A stretch of DNA of 64,000 bases from Cyanophyceae cyanobacterium (GTDB taxonomy: Bacteria > Cyanobacteriota > Cyanobacteriia > Cyanobacteriales > Laspinemataceae). Shown in pieces: positions 20,032-30,900 of the stretch. Positions within the stretch are counted from its first letter, which is position 1. Every line of letters starts with the position of its first letter. The stretch covers positions 96,001 through 160,000 of the forward strand of contig JBBQFN010000005.1 in the NCBI GenBank assembly GCA_038321985.1, written 5' to 3'. The position numbers were made by a program, and so were the translations under genes. Under the pieces are notes generated by a model. That model was given only the letters and a program-made list of their open reading frames with translations. It was not told where the DNA came from and did no database searches.

Positions 20032-20626
20032 TGTAAATTAAGCTCAGTCTAGTATTGGGTAGTTTCCCTTGTTTATTCTACTTCTGCACCTTTCCATTCA
20101 TAGAGCAAGGCCGCTTTCAACCACAAAGCCTCCGGAGTGTGGGGATAATACTTTATTGGGTTTCCCTTCGAGCAACGCTCTACCCTAGGGCGCTGACAGG
20201 TTGCTTAGAGGCAGTTTCAACCGGCGCGGGCTGAGGGGCCTGTAGTATCGGTTGGGATACGGCTGTTGATTCCCCTTTCGGGGCGATTCAAGAAAATCTG
20301 GCTTTTTTATAATAGGGATTCGCTGAGCCTCTGCGCCCTGAATTTTTAAGGAAGGTATAAAAAATTTTAAGGCCATCTGAATCCCTTTAAACCCTTTGTA
20401 CCGCGTTGTTTGGGGAATCATCTACAGGAGCGCTTGATTTAAAATTTTTAGGGACCGACCTAAGCAGAAATACCCGAATTAGGTCTTTTTGGGTAATTTC
20501 TCTATCCTTAGATAGCAATGGCAAGGGGAGGAACTTATTCCCTGCGATAGATAAGAAATGATAGCTGTTATTGATAGTCTAATTACATAAGACAAAAGGC
20601 AACGAATCAAAAAAGGAGATTATCTC

Positions 20627-20890
20627 ATGTTGGTTAGTATTTTAACTTGGGTTGTTTTAGGACTGATTGCCGGTGCGTTAGCAAAATTAATTTATCCTGG
20701 ACGTCAAGGTGGCGGTATTTTTGCCACAATCGGATTAGGGATTCTAGGTGCAATTGTAGGTGGATGGGTGGCCCAAGCCATCTTTGGAATTACAGCCGTC
20801 GGTTTAAGTTGGCAGGGTATTCTCTTTGCGGTGATCGGTGCGATGGTCCTGATCTTCATCTGGGGTCTGTTAACTCAGCGCGCAGCGTAA
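20627..20890 (+). CDS. GlsB/YeaQ/YmgE family stress-response membrane protein
   Basis: WVVLGLIAGALAKLIYPG..GGG...TI.LGILGAIVGG...AVIGA; RBS AGGAG upstream. Confidence 0.92.
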   Translation: MLVSILTWVVLGLIAGALAKLIYPGRQGGGIFATIGLGILGAIVGGWVAQAIFGITAVGLSWQGILFAVIGAMVLIFIWGLLTQRAA

Positions 20891-21108
20891 TTGTTTCCGG
20901 TCTTCTCTCTAGAACGATCTAAATCTTTAATAAGCCGATATTAGGGGTAAGGTAATCACCTTCACCCCTTGCTTTATGAGAACTGGCATCGGCAATCCCC
21001 GCGATCGCGGCTAATAATGCCTCCCCACAAACGACCCAAGGGCTGGCTAAGAAAAACGTTCATACAATCAATCATCACTAGGGTGCTAGAGAGAGGAATC
21101 CCTCATAA

Positions 21109-21151
21109 AAAGCGGTCTTCAGGGGCATTTATTATCCCTAAAGACCGCTTT
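21109..21151. terminator. Hairpin, probable bidirectional terminator
   Basis: aaagcggtctt...aagaccgcttt between convergent genes. Confidence 0.55.
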
Positions 21152-21280
21152 CTATTGTCTCTCTTTTCCCGATAGGTTATCCCTGGGTTGCCAAACTCCC
21201 AGGCGTAACCGATTTTGAATCGAGAACCGGCTTTTGTCAGCCAAATGGCAGCAATCTATTTCCTGAAAAGGAGGCCAATC

Positions 21281-21523
21281 TTATTTATTTTTCTGCCAAA
21301 TTTGCCAAGTGGATCCTACAGCTGCACCCGCGCCAGCAATTAATCCAAAAGTCATGCCTTCCAGGGTTTTGAGAACGGGGTCTTGGGTAAGGCACTGAGT
21401 CGTAGGTGCAGCATCATCTAGACAACGATTAAGTTCCGCGCTGTAGGCCGTGCCTCCAACTAGAACTCCAATAGTGCTACAAGCAACAATATAAATAATA
21501 AAGCGACAATTTTTTCTAACCAT
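21281..21523 (-). CDS. Small hypothetical membrane protein (two hydrophobic segments, Cys pair in the loop)
   Basis: 80-aa ORF: TM-ELNRC...TQC-TM-WQIWQKNK. Confidence 0.6.
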   Translation of the reverse strand: MVRKNCRFIIYIVACSTIGVLVGGTAYSAELNRCLDDAAPTTQCLTQDPVLKTLEGMTFGLIAGAGAAVGSTWQIWQKNK

Positions 21524-21738
21524 AGATAGATGGCAAGGGGAACATGAAAGACTCTACCTTATTGTGCAGCTTATTTTTAAATCTGACAAGGGTTTTGTTA
21601 TTAATTTTACCTCTTAAAGTTTAGATTGCAAGAGGATTGCTCAAGATAGCTCAACATGATGCTTGAAGCGCCCGCCCACCAGCGCATCCTCTCATGCAAA
21701 TCTAATGTAAAATAAAATTATAATTTTTACCAATTTTA

Positions 21739-21766
21739 ACGACTACACCCCTGGGGATGTAGTCGT
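21739..21766 (-). terminator. Hairpin downstream of 21801..23129
   Basis: acgactaca...tgtagtcgt inverted repeat. Confidence 0.5.
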
Positions 21767-21800
21767 CTAGGGCCATACCCGGGAATAAATTCACCGTAGT

Positions 21801-23129
21801 TCAGGAGGCAAGAAAGCCCTTGGCTGCTTTCTTTTTTCCCTTGGGCTTTGACTTAGATTTGTTGACTTCTAAGAGGGCCTCTTCAAAGAGCTGATTTAAG
21901 TGTAGGGGAATGGAGGCCGTTTCAGGTAAACGGGGTTCTAAAGGTTTATTATGTTCCTGCAAAAGCGAACCTAAATCGCGATCTAGCTGAAAATCAGGTC
22001 GCTTTAAAACCATTTGCAGCAGCTTTTCGAGTGGGGTAAAGTACTCTGCGGCGAGTTGCTGCCAAACATAGAAGTTAATGATGGGGTCTTCTAAGTAATG
22101 GCGTACTAGGGATTCTGCCTCCATCAGGTTGGGGTCTTCACGGTTGAGGAGGGCCACGAATTTACTGTAAGTGGGAATCAACATTTGACCCCACCGTGGA
22201 TGAGAAAAACAGGTGACTTCTTCGGCTTTTTTTAAGTTGTCCGGCAAGTCTAGTTTCGGCATCACCATTTTATTGTTTTTGTTGCGCTCAAAAAATTGGG
22301 CGGCTTCTTTTGGATCCACACCGGCTTCTTCCGCAGCAGCCACCAGTTCTTCCATATCAACACCCGCTTCGGCAGCAATTTCGTCGAGAGACTTGTTTTC
22401 GTCAATGCCTGCTTCGGCAAGACGCTTTTTAGTCATGCTTTCTTGGAGTGCGGCAATTTTTTTGTTGAGGTGGTATCCCGAGAGGGTAAAGCGATCGCTG
22501 CCGAAAAATTCAGTAAATTCTTGATGATATTTAACTACTGAATCCCAGGCTTCTTCTAATAATTCAGGGGCATCACCATAGAGGTGATTGTTGTAGTTAT
22601 CTTTAAAGTTACCGATCGCCACGGCGAGTTTAGGTTTACCCAGATTACCGAGGGCCATGTAACCGCCGAAGAACATATACTGAGAATTGTCCACGGGGGC
22701 GATGCGAGTGAGTAAAATATCCCCAGCTTTAATTCGCTGGAGTTGTTCCTGTTGTTGGGGAGAATTGGCCTTAACCTGATAATGTTTTGCGGTAAGCCAG
22801 TTCATCAATTCCAGGCCATCGGGTAAAACTTTGATGGCTTCAAAGACGCCCATGAAGCTCTTTTGCCAATTTTTGACTAAGGTGCGATCGCTTGCCGATA
22901 AGTCCGGTTGAGTTTCCAGAAATAAATCGATGGGAGTTTTATTCCCGACAGTACCCTCAACGGCAAATGCATCAATCCGCATATTCCGTTGACTGATATC
23001 TGATCGATCGCGAGAAGCGTGTTCAGCCGCATAGGTTTCCAGGGCGATCGCTACCTCTCCTTCGGCATCGAGTACGAAATCAATTAATTCTTGCTTGAGT
23101 TCCCAAGCGCGATCTACAGTTGCGTCCAC
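21801..23129 (-). CDS. Hypothetical protein
   Basis: 442-aa ORF with normal composition and a Lys-rich C-terminal tail; no family recognised. Confidence 0.75.
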   Translation of the reverse strand: MDATVDRAWELKQELIDFVLDAEGEVAIALETYAAEHASRDRSDISQRNMRIDAFAVEGTVGNKTPIDLFLETQPDLSASDRTLVKNWQKSFMGVFEAIKVLPDGLELMNWLTAKHYQVKANSPQQQEQLQRIKAGDILLTRIAPVDNSQYMFFGGYMALGNLGKPKLAVAIGNFKDNYNNHLYGDAPELLEEAWDSVVKYHQEFTEFFGSDRFTLSGYHLNKKIAALQESMTKKRLAEAGIDENKSLDEIAAEAGVDMEELVAAAEEAGVDPKEAAQFFERNKNNKMVMPKLDLPDNLKKAEEVTCFSHPRWGQMLIPTYSKFVALLNREDPNLMEAESLVRHYLEDPIINFYVWQQLAAEYFTPLEKLLQMVLKRPDFQLDRDLGSLLQEHNKPLEPRLPETASIPLHLNQLFEEALLEVNKSKSKPKGKKKAAKGFLAS

Positions 23130-23521
23130 AGTATCTCTCCAAGTTTCACTGCTATAGGGTATCAGAACACCCGGGGCGATCGCATCTGTCCTCAGACTGG
23201 CTTTTACCGGAAATTGGGCCTCCTCTCAGGTGTGATGTTATGGCCCACTCTTTTTTTAGTCAATACTAAAACCCTGGTTCTTCGTAGCACCGATGGCGGT
23301 AAAATCAAACCAGGGGATATTCCTTGGGCAATCTAGGGGAGGAAAGATAGCGAGTCTATCCGGTTAAAAAAAGGATTGAGAAGGGGGAACCTCCGATCTC
23401 CCTACAGCTACAAATGAGATTAGACGCTACCACGTTTGTCTAAAAATTGTCCGAGGGATTGAGGTTCGCTAAAGTCACTAAAATGATAGAAGGCGATCGC
23501 ACATCTTGAGAAGGAGAAGGG

Positions 23522-24292
23522 GTGAAACCAAAACTATTCGCTTTGATTATTATTTTTATATCACTCGGCTTGATTCCACTCACTCGTGCCGAAAATCTGA
23601 CTCACCTTCAGCAATTGCGGCAAACTAATCAATGTCCCGGTTGTGATTTGCGGGGCGCTAATCTATCTCGCGCTCAACTTCGGGGGGTTAATCTCACGGG
23701 TAGCAACCTTAACGGTGCCGATCTCAGCTATGCCGACTTGGAAAATAGCGACTTACGCGGGGCTGATCTCACTGGAGTTAATTTTAAGGGTACAATTCTG
23801 TTGGGTAGTCGCCTGGATAGCACAACCCAAATTGATCGCAAATGGCGGATTGTATGGGAAATCGTCTCTCAAGGTGCGCGGGCACAGGAGATTGCGGGTG
23901 CCGACTTATCCGATGCCTATCTGCACAATGTCAATTTCAGTGGGGCAAATTTGGCGGGTTCTAACTTAAGTCGGGCTGAATTAAATGGGTCTAACTTAAA
24001 TAGTGCCAATTTAAGCGCCGCTAATCTCACGAATACTAATTTAAGCCGCGCTAATCTTACGAATAGTAATTTAAAAGGGGCGAATTTACGGGAGGCGAAT
24101 TTACAGGGTGCCGACTTAAGTGCCGCAGATTTAAGAGAGGCCGACTTACAGGGTGCGGATTTAACTCGGGCGGACTTGCGAATGGATTCGGTGTGGGGAT
24201 ATACACGTTGGCGCGGGGCTAATCTCGATGGCGTCAATGTCTGTGATGCCCTGATGGATGATGGGATGAAAATTGAGCAGGGTTGCCCGTAA
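23522..24292 (+). CDS. Secreted/lumenal pentapeptide repeat protein
   Basis: Signal peptide, QLRQTNQCPGCDLRGA cap, many A(D/N)LxX repeats. Confidence 0.92.
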   Translation: MKPKLFALIIIFISLGLIPLTRAENLTHLQQLRQTNQCPGCDLRGANLSRAQLRGVNLTGSNLNGADLSYADLENSDLRGADLTGVNFKGTILLGSRLDSTTQIDRKWRIVWEIVSQGARAQEIAGADLSDAYLHNVNFSGANLAGSNLSRAELNGSNLNSANLSAANLTNTNLSRANLTNSNLKGANLREANLQGADLSAADLREADLQGADLTRADLRMDSVWGYTRWRGANLDGVNVCDALMDDGMKIEQGCP

Positions 24293-24361
24293 AGTCACTC
24301 CAGGGCGATCGGCGCTATAACAGAAAGATATTCTCTTGCTTGCTAACCCCAACCTGGTCCC

Positions 24362-27300
24362 ATGCACTTCTATCTCCATTGTCTCACCCTGATTCCGGCG
24401 ATCGCCTTGCTGTTTGTCCCCCCATCAGGATTGTCCGCGCCTCCCCCCCGGGTGTCAGTCCCCCAAGTTGAGAGTTCCCCTCCATCTACAGGCCGCCTAG
24501 AAGAGACCCCGGACCTCCTACAACTGGGAACCGAGCAATTTCGCCAGGGGGACTTTCAAACCGCCCTGCAAACCTATCAACAAGTCCTGCTACTCCACTC
24601 CGCCCGAAGCGATCGCCTCGGCATGGCTGTCGCCATGACTCATCTAGGGGAAGTTTATACGGCACTTAGTGATTATACTAAAGCCTTAGAACAATTGCAA
24701 GCTGCTTTAACACTTCGTGAGGAATTGCAGGACCGTCTGGGGGTGGGAGAAACCCTCAATCATCTCGGCTTTGTTTACAGTCGATTGGGGGACTATCCCC
24801 AAGCGTTACAACTCCATGAACAAGCATTAAACATTGGCCAGACTTTGAAAAATCGTCCCATCGAAGGGGAAGCGTTACATCATATTGCATCAGTTTATGC
24901 GGCCACGGGAGAGTATGAACAGGCGGTGCAATTGTATCAAGAAGCCTTAGTCATTCGCCAAGAAGTTGGAGACAAACGAGATGAAGGACGGACGCTCAAC
25001 AATTTGGGCGGGGTTTATTATAGTTTAGGAGACGCCGGACCTGCTTTAGATTTGTATCAACAAGCGATGAAACTGCGAGAAGAAATAGGCGATCGCGCCG
25101 GAGTCGCTCGTTTATTAAGTAATATTGCTTTATTATATCAGCAATTCGGCCAAGGCGACCGCGCCTTATCTTACTATGAAAAAGCCTTACCTATTTTAAA
25201 AGAAATTGGAGATAGATCCAGCTTGGGCAACACCTTAAATGGATTAGGGGTGCTGTATGAAGAACGGGGAGATTATCAACAAGCCTTGTCCGTTTATCAT
25301 CAATCTTTAGCCATTGCCGAAGAAATTGGCGATCGCCCTGGGTTGAGTAAAACTCTGGATAATGTGGGAGGGATTTATTATAGCTTGGGCCAATATCCGA
25401 ATGCTCTCAGCTTTTATGAACGCTCTTTAACCCTGCGCCAAACCCTCGGAGATCGCCCGGGGATAGGAACTACCCTCAATAACTTAGGCGGCCTTTACTA
25501 CAGTTTAGGAGACTATCCTGAAGCCTTAGAATTATTGAAACAAGCCTTAACCATTCGCCAAGAAATTGGGGATAAAGCTGGAGAAAGCCGCAATTTAGAT
25601 GCAATTGCGATCGTCTATGAAAAGCTCGGTCAATATACCCAAGCCTTAGAGAACTATCAACAAGCCTTAGAGATTGCCAATGCCATTGGCGACCCAGCGG
25701 CCCAAGGCAATGCCCTTGAACATATAGGGGGTATTTACCTTAATTTAGGGCAAACGGCACAATCCTTAGATTTTTTACAACAGGCAGTAGAAACCTTTCA
25801 AAAAATTGGCGATCGCATTGCGGTAGGACGCGCACTCAACGGGATTGCTTCCGTGTATTATCGCCTTAAACAATATCCCCAAGCCCTGGATTTTCTACAA
25901 CAAAGTATCAAAATTTTACGAGAAACTGGAGACAAAGCTGGAGAAGCGATCGCCCTGGCTAATTTGGGGCGAATTTTTCAAGAACAAGAGGATATTGTTT
26001 TAGCCACAGTCTTTTATAAACAAGCCGTAAACGCTCACGAATCTATTCGTCAAGACTTGAGAACTCTGGCAATGGAACGGCAAGAATCTTTTACCGCAAC
26101 TGTTGCAGATACCTATCGTAACTTATCCGATTTATTACTCCGACAAAACCGCATCCTTGAGGCACAACAAGTTCTCGACTTATTAAAAGTGCAAGAACTT
26201 GATGAATACCTCCAAAACGTGAAGGGTAATGAGAAAACCGCTTCAGGGATAGATTTTTTACCCGAAGAACAACAACTGGCGGAGGAATATCTGACCCTTC
26301 AAGAACGGGCGATCGAACTGGGAAAAGAATTAACCGAATTACAAACCATCCCCGAAACCGAACGGTCCCCCCAACAACAAGAAAGGGTTGCCCAAATCGA
26401 AGGCACTCTGCAAACCCTACGCCAAAAGTTTGATAGCTTCATTAATAGTCCGGAAATCATCGAGATTGCTGCCGAAATTGCTCGAAAAACTAGCGGAGAA
26501 AACTTAGATTTAACTAATATTACTCAACTCCAAAAATCATTGCAACAGTTGGGTAAAAATACAGTTTTACTCTATCCGCTTATTCTAGAAGACCGAATTG
26601 AACTAATTTTAATTACCCCGGATAGCCCGCCGATCCATCGGTCAGTTCCCGTTAGTCAAGCCAATTTAAGCCGGGGTATCTCTGAATTTAGAAAGGCCCT
26701 CACTGTTCCTTCAAAACGGGGTAATTCTGATATCCCTAAAACCACAGGTAAACAGCTATATAATTGGTTGATTCAACCCTTTCAAAGCGAACTGGATCGG
26801 CTAGAAGTAGAAACTATTGTGTACGCCCCTGATGGACTGTTGCGTTATATTCCCTTAGCCGCTTTGTATGACGGAAAAAATTGGCTGGCCGAACGCTATC
26901 AGATTAATAATATTACCGCAGCTTCTCTTACTAACTTTAATATTGAACCCCCAGAAAGGTTGAAAATTTTAGCCGGTGCTTTTACTGAAGGCACTTATAA
27001 CGTCGAAGTGGGAACGCGACAATTAGCCTTTTCCGGGCTACCCTTTGCGGGAAAAGAAGTAGAAAATCTCGCCGCTACTATTCCGGATACAACTAAACTC
27101 ATTGATCGCGAATTCACCCGTAGTGCTACCACCTCGGGAATGAGCGATCGCAATATTATCCACTTAGCCACTCATGCCGCCTTTGTGAATGGTCAACCCG
27201 AAGACTCATTTATCATGTTAGGCGATGGCGATCGCATCACCTTGCGCGACTTAGAACAGTGGTCCTTACCCAACATCGATTTAATCGTGCTCAGCGCCTG

Positions 27301-27574
27301 TCAAACCGCAATGGGGGGACAAATGGGAAATGGAACCGAAATTCTGGGATTTGGCTATCAAATGCAGAACATCGGTGCAAAAGCAGCTGTCGCCTCCTTA
27401 TGGTCCGTAGACGATGGCGGCACTCAAGCCCTGATGAATGCCTTTTATGATAGCTTGAAAACCGGCAATACCAAAACTGCCTCTTTGCGAAATGCTCAAC
27501 TTGCCTTAATCCAAAGTGATTACAACCACCCCTATTATTGGGCATCATTTATCATCATTGGCAATGGATTTTAG
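24362..27574 (+). CDS. TPR plus CHAT (caspase-like) domain protein
   Basis: Long array of ~40-aa TPRs; CHAT motifs YAPDGLLRYIPLAALYDG, IIHLATHA (His), VLSACQTA (Cys), ASLWSVDD, HPYYWASF. Confidence 0.95.
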   Translation: MHFYLHCLTLIPAIALLFVPPSGLSAPPPRVSVPQVESSPPSTGRLEETPDLLQLGTEQFRQGDFQTALQTYQQVLLLHSARSDRLGMAVAMTHLGEVYTALSDYTKALEQLQAALTLREELQDRLGVGETLNHLGFVYSRLGDYPQALQLHEQALNIGQTLKNRPIEGEALHHIASVYAATGEYEQAVQLYQEALVIRQEVGDKRDEGRTLNNLGGVYYSLGDAGPALDLYQQAMKLREEIGDRAGVARLLSNIALLYQQFGQGDRALSYYEKALPILKEIGDRSSLGNTLNGLGVLYEERGDYQQALSVYHQSLAIAEEIGDRPGLSKTLDNVGGIYYSLGQYPNALSFYERSLTLRQTLGDRPGIGTTLNNLGGLYYSLGDYPEALELLKQALTIRQEIGDKAGESRNLDAIAIVYEKLGQYTQALENYQQALEIANAIGDPAAQGNALEHIGGIYLNLGQTAQSLDFLQQAVETFQKIGDRIAVGRALNGIASVYYRLKQYPQALDFLQQSIKILRETGDKAGEAIALANLGRIFQEQEDIVLATVFYKQAVNAHESIRQDLRTLAMERQESFTATVADTYRNLSDLLLRQNRILEAQQVLDLLKVQELDEYLQNVKGNEKTASGIDFLPEEQQLAEEYLTLQERAIELGKELTELQTIPETERSPQQQERVAQIEGTLQTLRQKFDSFINSPEIIEIAAEIARKTSGENLDLTNITQLQKSLQQLGKNTVLLYPLILEDRIELILITPDSPPIHRSVPVSQANLSRGISEFRKALTVPSKRGNSDIPKTTGKQLYNWLIQPFQSELDRLEVETIVYAPDGLLRYIPLAALYDGKNWLAERYQINNITAASLTNFNIEPPERLKILAGAFTEGTYNVEVGTRQLAFSGLPFAGKEVENLAATIPDTTKLIDREFTRSATTSGMSDRNIIHLATHAAFVNGQPEDSFIMLGDGDRITLRDLEQWSLPNIDLIVLSACQTAMGGQMGNGTEILGFGYQMQNIGAKAAVASLWSVDDGGTQALMNAFYDSLKTGNTKTASLRNAQLALIQSDYNHPYYWASFIIIGNGF

Positions 27575-27713
27575 TCTCGTATAAAATGTTCTTTTTTTTT
27601 TAAAGTAATTTTAATTTCTCTCCCAAATTTAACGAAACTTTAACGAAAAAAAACGCAAATTACCCTAAAAATGTTAGGGTAGACTACTGGCTTAAATCAG
27701 GGAGACATTTATT

Positions 27714-28592
27714 ATGACCATAGCCTTAGAAACTTGGACCCATAACACGATCGCCGTGAATGGAATCACCCTGCATTACGTCACTCAAGGGGAAGGACCC
27801 TTGATGCTAATGCTTCATGGGTTTCCCGAATTCTGGTATTCCTGGCGATATCAAATTCCCGAGTTTGCCCTAGATTATAAAGTTGTCGCCCTCGATATGC
27901 GCGGGTACAACGACAGCGATAAACCCCAAGATCCATCCGCCTATCGAATCCAAGAACTAATCCAAGATATTGAGGGAGTGATTACCGGATTAGGGTATGA
28001 AAGCTGCGTCTTAGTCGGACATGATTGGGGAGGCATCGTTGCCTGGTACTTTGCCTATAGTTATCCGAATTTGGTAAAAAAATTAATCGTCCTGAATATT
28101 CCACACCCCGCCAAATTTGCCGAAGGAATTCGCAGCAACCCCCTGCAACTTCTCAAGAGTTCCTATGCCTTTTTCTTTCAGCTTCCACTCGTCCCTGAAT
28201 GGGTGATTCAAGTGAATGATTATCAGGCGATCGAAATGGCTTTTAAAGGGATGGCAGTCAATAAAAAGACCTTTACCCCAGCCGATATCAGTGCCTATAA
28301 AAATGCAGCCGCCAAACGGGGTTCTCTCACTGCCATGCTCAATTACTACCGCCATGCCATGTGGGAGTTACTCTTTGATAAAGAGTGGAACCTACTAGAA
28401 GTACCCACCCTGATGATTTGGGGAGAAGAGGATACCGCCCTCGGCAAAGAATTAACCTATGGAACTGAATCCTACGTTCGGGATTTAGAGATTCGTTATA
28501 TTCCGAATTGCAGCCATTGGGTACAGCAAGAAAAGCCTGAATTGGTTAACCAGTATATGCGGGAGTTTTTATCCCCCACGCCGAAAAGATAA
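27714..28592 (+). CDS. Alpha/beta hydrolase, epoxide hydrolase-like
   Basis: LMLHGFPEFWYSWR, DMRGYNDSDKP, VGHDWGG (Asp nucleophile), SHWVQQE. Confidence 0.93.
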   Translation: MTIALETWTHNTIAVNGITLHYVTQGEGPLMLMLHGFPEFWYSWRYQIPEFALDYKVVALDMRGYNDSDKPQDPSAYRIQELIQDIEGVITGLGYESCVLVGHDWGGIVAWYFAYSYPNLVKKLIVLNIPHPAKFAEGIRSNPLQLLKSSYAFFFQLPLVPEWVIQVNDYQAIEMAFKGMAVNKKTFTPADISAYKNAAAKRGSLTAMLNYYRHAMWELLFDKEWNLLEVPTLMIWGEEDTALGKELTYGTESYVRDLEIRYIPNCSHWVQQEKPELVNQYMREFLSPTPKR

Positions 28593-28817
28593 GACTTACA
28601 AAAATTAAGTTCTTCTCGGGTTAAAGCCGAACCCCAAGGCTCATAAAATCAGTACAATTCTGGGATAATTTTCTCAAGCCCCTTGGGAATCAAACCTTTA
28701 TTCCTCTGGCTTCCCCCTTTTTAAGGGGGAGGAGGATTTAGGGGAATTCACTCATGGAATCAAAGCCAGAGGTCTATTTACAATAAAATAGAGAATACCC
28801 CGTATTTTTTCCCCGCT

Positions 28818-30479
28818 TTAAAACGGCATAGGCATCAGTTGTAAAGTACCAAGACCGATATCTTTAGGTGAGAGCGATCGCACTTCAAACAACGCTAACA
28901 TATCCTTTTGTTGAGGATTGCCACGGCTTGCTCCTGTCAAACCCATCGCAATCACCAATCCGCAATATCCCTTTGTTTTTTTACACCGTCCGTCCCACTT
29001 ATTACGAGCCGCAATGTGAACGGGGTCATCTTCGATAAACTCTCCAAATAGATAAAGTTCTCCATTTCCAGTTTGTAAAATGCCCAAATCAAAGCTATTC
29101 TCTCCGAAGGGGTCTTCGCCGCGATTAAAACAAATTCCTTTCACTCCCCCAGCTTTTTTTAAGGTGTCAATGATGACTTTAGCCTTGGGTCGGGAAGTTT
29201 GAATCAAGATCATAGGCAATCCATCCCCGATCGCATTAACTTTAGCCGATTGACAGTAAGAAGCGGAACCCTCTAGTTCTTTCAATGCTTCCCAGGGAAT
29301 CACCCCCAGACTGAGAAATGAATTTTCAGGTACCAAATCATTCCGCAACAAGGGGTCGAGATCATTATCCTCATCATCATCATCATAATCCTCCTCCTCA
29401 TCCGTGCTGGCACTGCCACTCATTTCAAACAGTTTCTCAGCCAGTTCTGGCATCGTACTTACGGTTACCGCCACTTCTTTTTGCGAAGGGCTCGTGTCCT
29501 CCTGTGGAACTGGAATCTTATACTGTTTGCTCAAAGTGGGGAACTTGCCCCCTGTCAACTTACGACGTGCCGTGCGGAAGAAGCGAGCAAACGCATCCAG
29601 GGCGAGAATGGTCAGCAGCGCCTCCTCATCATAGAGAATGGCTCGCATTCCTTCTAAGGGGTGCAAATTGCCAAATGTCGGCTGGATCTGGCTTGTAGGT
29701 AGATCCGAGAGGTCAATATCCTCGTCTTCATCTTCACTTTCAAAGGTGATGAATAGGCAATCTTGAGACAAAAAGGCTTCTTCTAAACGTTCAGGGGATT
29801 CATTGGCAATAATCCGCTTTCTAAATTGAGTCAGAGATTCCAAAGAGCGATATAATAAAACGCCATAATCCAGCCCCAGCATCCCCATGACGCACACATA
29901 AAGAGTGCCAACATCCCACCCTTCCAGTTCAATCGAGATAATTTGATGATCCGCTAGACATTTCCAGGGACCTGCCTGCCAGACCTCAAGAGCTTTTTCT
30001 TCCAAGCTCTTTACATACTGAGGGGGTAACAGAGGCGGTTTGCGATCAACCACATCCTGAAACCCCCGAAACAGTTCGTCAATCAGGGGTAGATCCGGCA
30101 CATACTCAAGGGCAATTCCCAAGTCTTGAAGGACCCCGCGCAGGAAAAATAGGATTTCCCGGTCCTTGACCACAATTTTCTGAGGACGACCCGGGAGTGC
30201 GGGACTGTGAGGATGCTCCATTGCCCTTAGTAATGTGCGAACGACCGCTTCATTCCCTATTTCAGGGGAGACGACATCCATCGAGCGGACGATTCCTTGG
30301 GACCCATCCACCCACATAATGCAGTCCCCACCATTTTCTAAATCATGCTCAGCTAAAGCGGATGGGCTTAGGGGTAGGGGTTCAGACATGGGACGGCGAT
30401 CGCCTTCCCAGACTGAGGAAATTTGTTGGAGTTGTTGTAACCGACGACGGGTAGAGAAGTTTAAACCTGCCATAAACAA
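28818..30479 (-). CDS. Conserved cyanobacterial hypothetical protein (DUF6930-like)
   Basis: 553-aa ORF with acidic tracts; family assignment from recollection only. Confidence 0.65.
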   Translation of the reverse strand: MFMAGLNFSTRRRLQQLQQISSVWEGDRRPMSEPLPLSPSALAEHDLENGGDCIMWVDGSQGIVRSMDVVSPEIGNEAVVRTLLRAMEHPHSPALPGRPQKIVVKDREILFFLRGVLQDLGIALEYVPDLPLIDELFRGFQDVVDRKPPLLPPQYVKSLEEKALEVWQAGPWKCLADHQIISIELEGWDVGTLYVCVMGMLGLDYGVLLYRSLESLTQFRKRIIANESPERLEEAFLSQDCLFITFESEDEDEDIDLSDLPTSQIQPTFGNLHPLEGMRAILYDEEALLTILALDAFARFFRTARRKLTGGKFPTLSKQYKIPVPQEDTSPSQKEVAVTVSTMPELAEKLFEMSGSASTDEEEDYDDDDEDNDLDPLLRNDLVPENSFLSLGVIPWEALKELEGSASYCQSAKVNAIGDGLPMILIQTSRPKAKVIIDTLKKAGGVKGICFNRGEDPFGENSFDLGILQTGNGELYLFGEFIEDDPVHIAARNKWDGRCKKTKGYCGLVIAMGLTGASRGNPQQKDMLALFEVRSLSPKDIGLGTLQLMPMPF

Positions 30480-30900
30480 TTCATTATAGGGTGTACGGAA
30501 CTAATGTTTAAAATAGACAGTTAACGGTTACTCCTAATTCAAAACCACTGAAAACTGTAATAAAAGCTCCCGTAATGTTTCTAATAGCCCCCTGGGATTC
30601 AGTAGGAGTTATGGGGGGAGTCAGGACTCGCCAATGATTGAGAATTCACACAGAATTGAGAAAAGTTTTAAGAGTGTTAATAACAGGCTTATTTTGTCTT
30701 CTCTATCCTTGATCGTTTCTCAGGTCTGTCATCTCGGGTTGCCCTATTCCTAGGTTCCCCTGCTTCCGTGCTGCATTCCTCGCTACAATGAACGTAGAAG
30801 AGACTAAAGCCCTCTTAGTATAGAACAGCAACACAGACAACAGCATAGTTATAACGGCACAGTTAGAACAAGAATCAAGAATCAGGAGATCCCTAAACTA

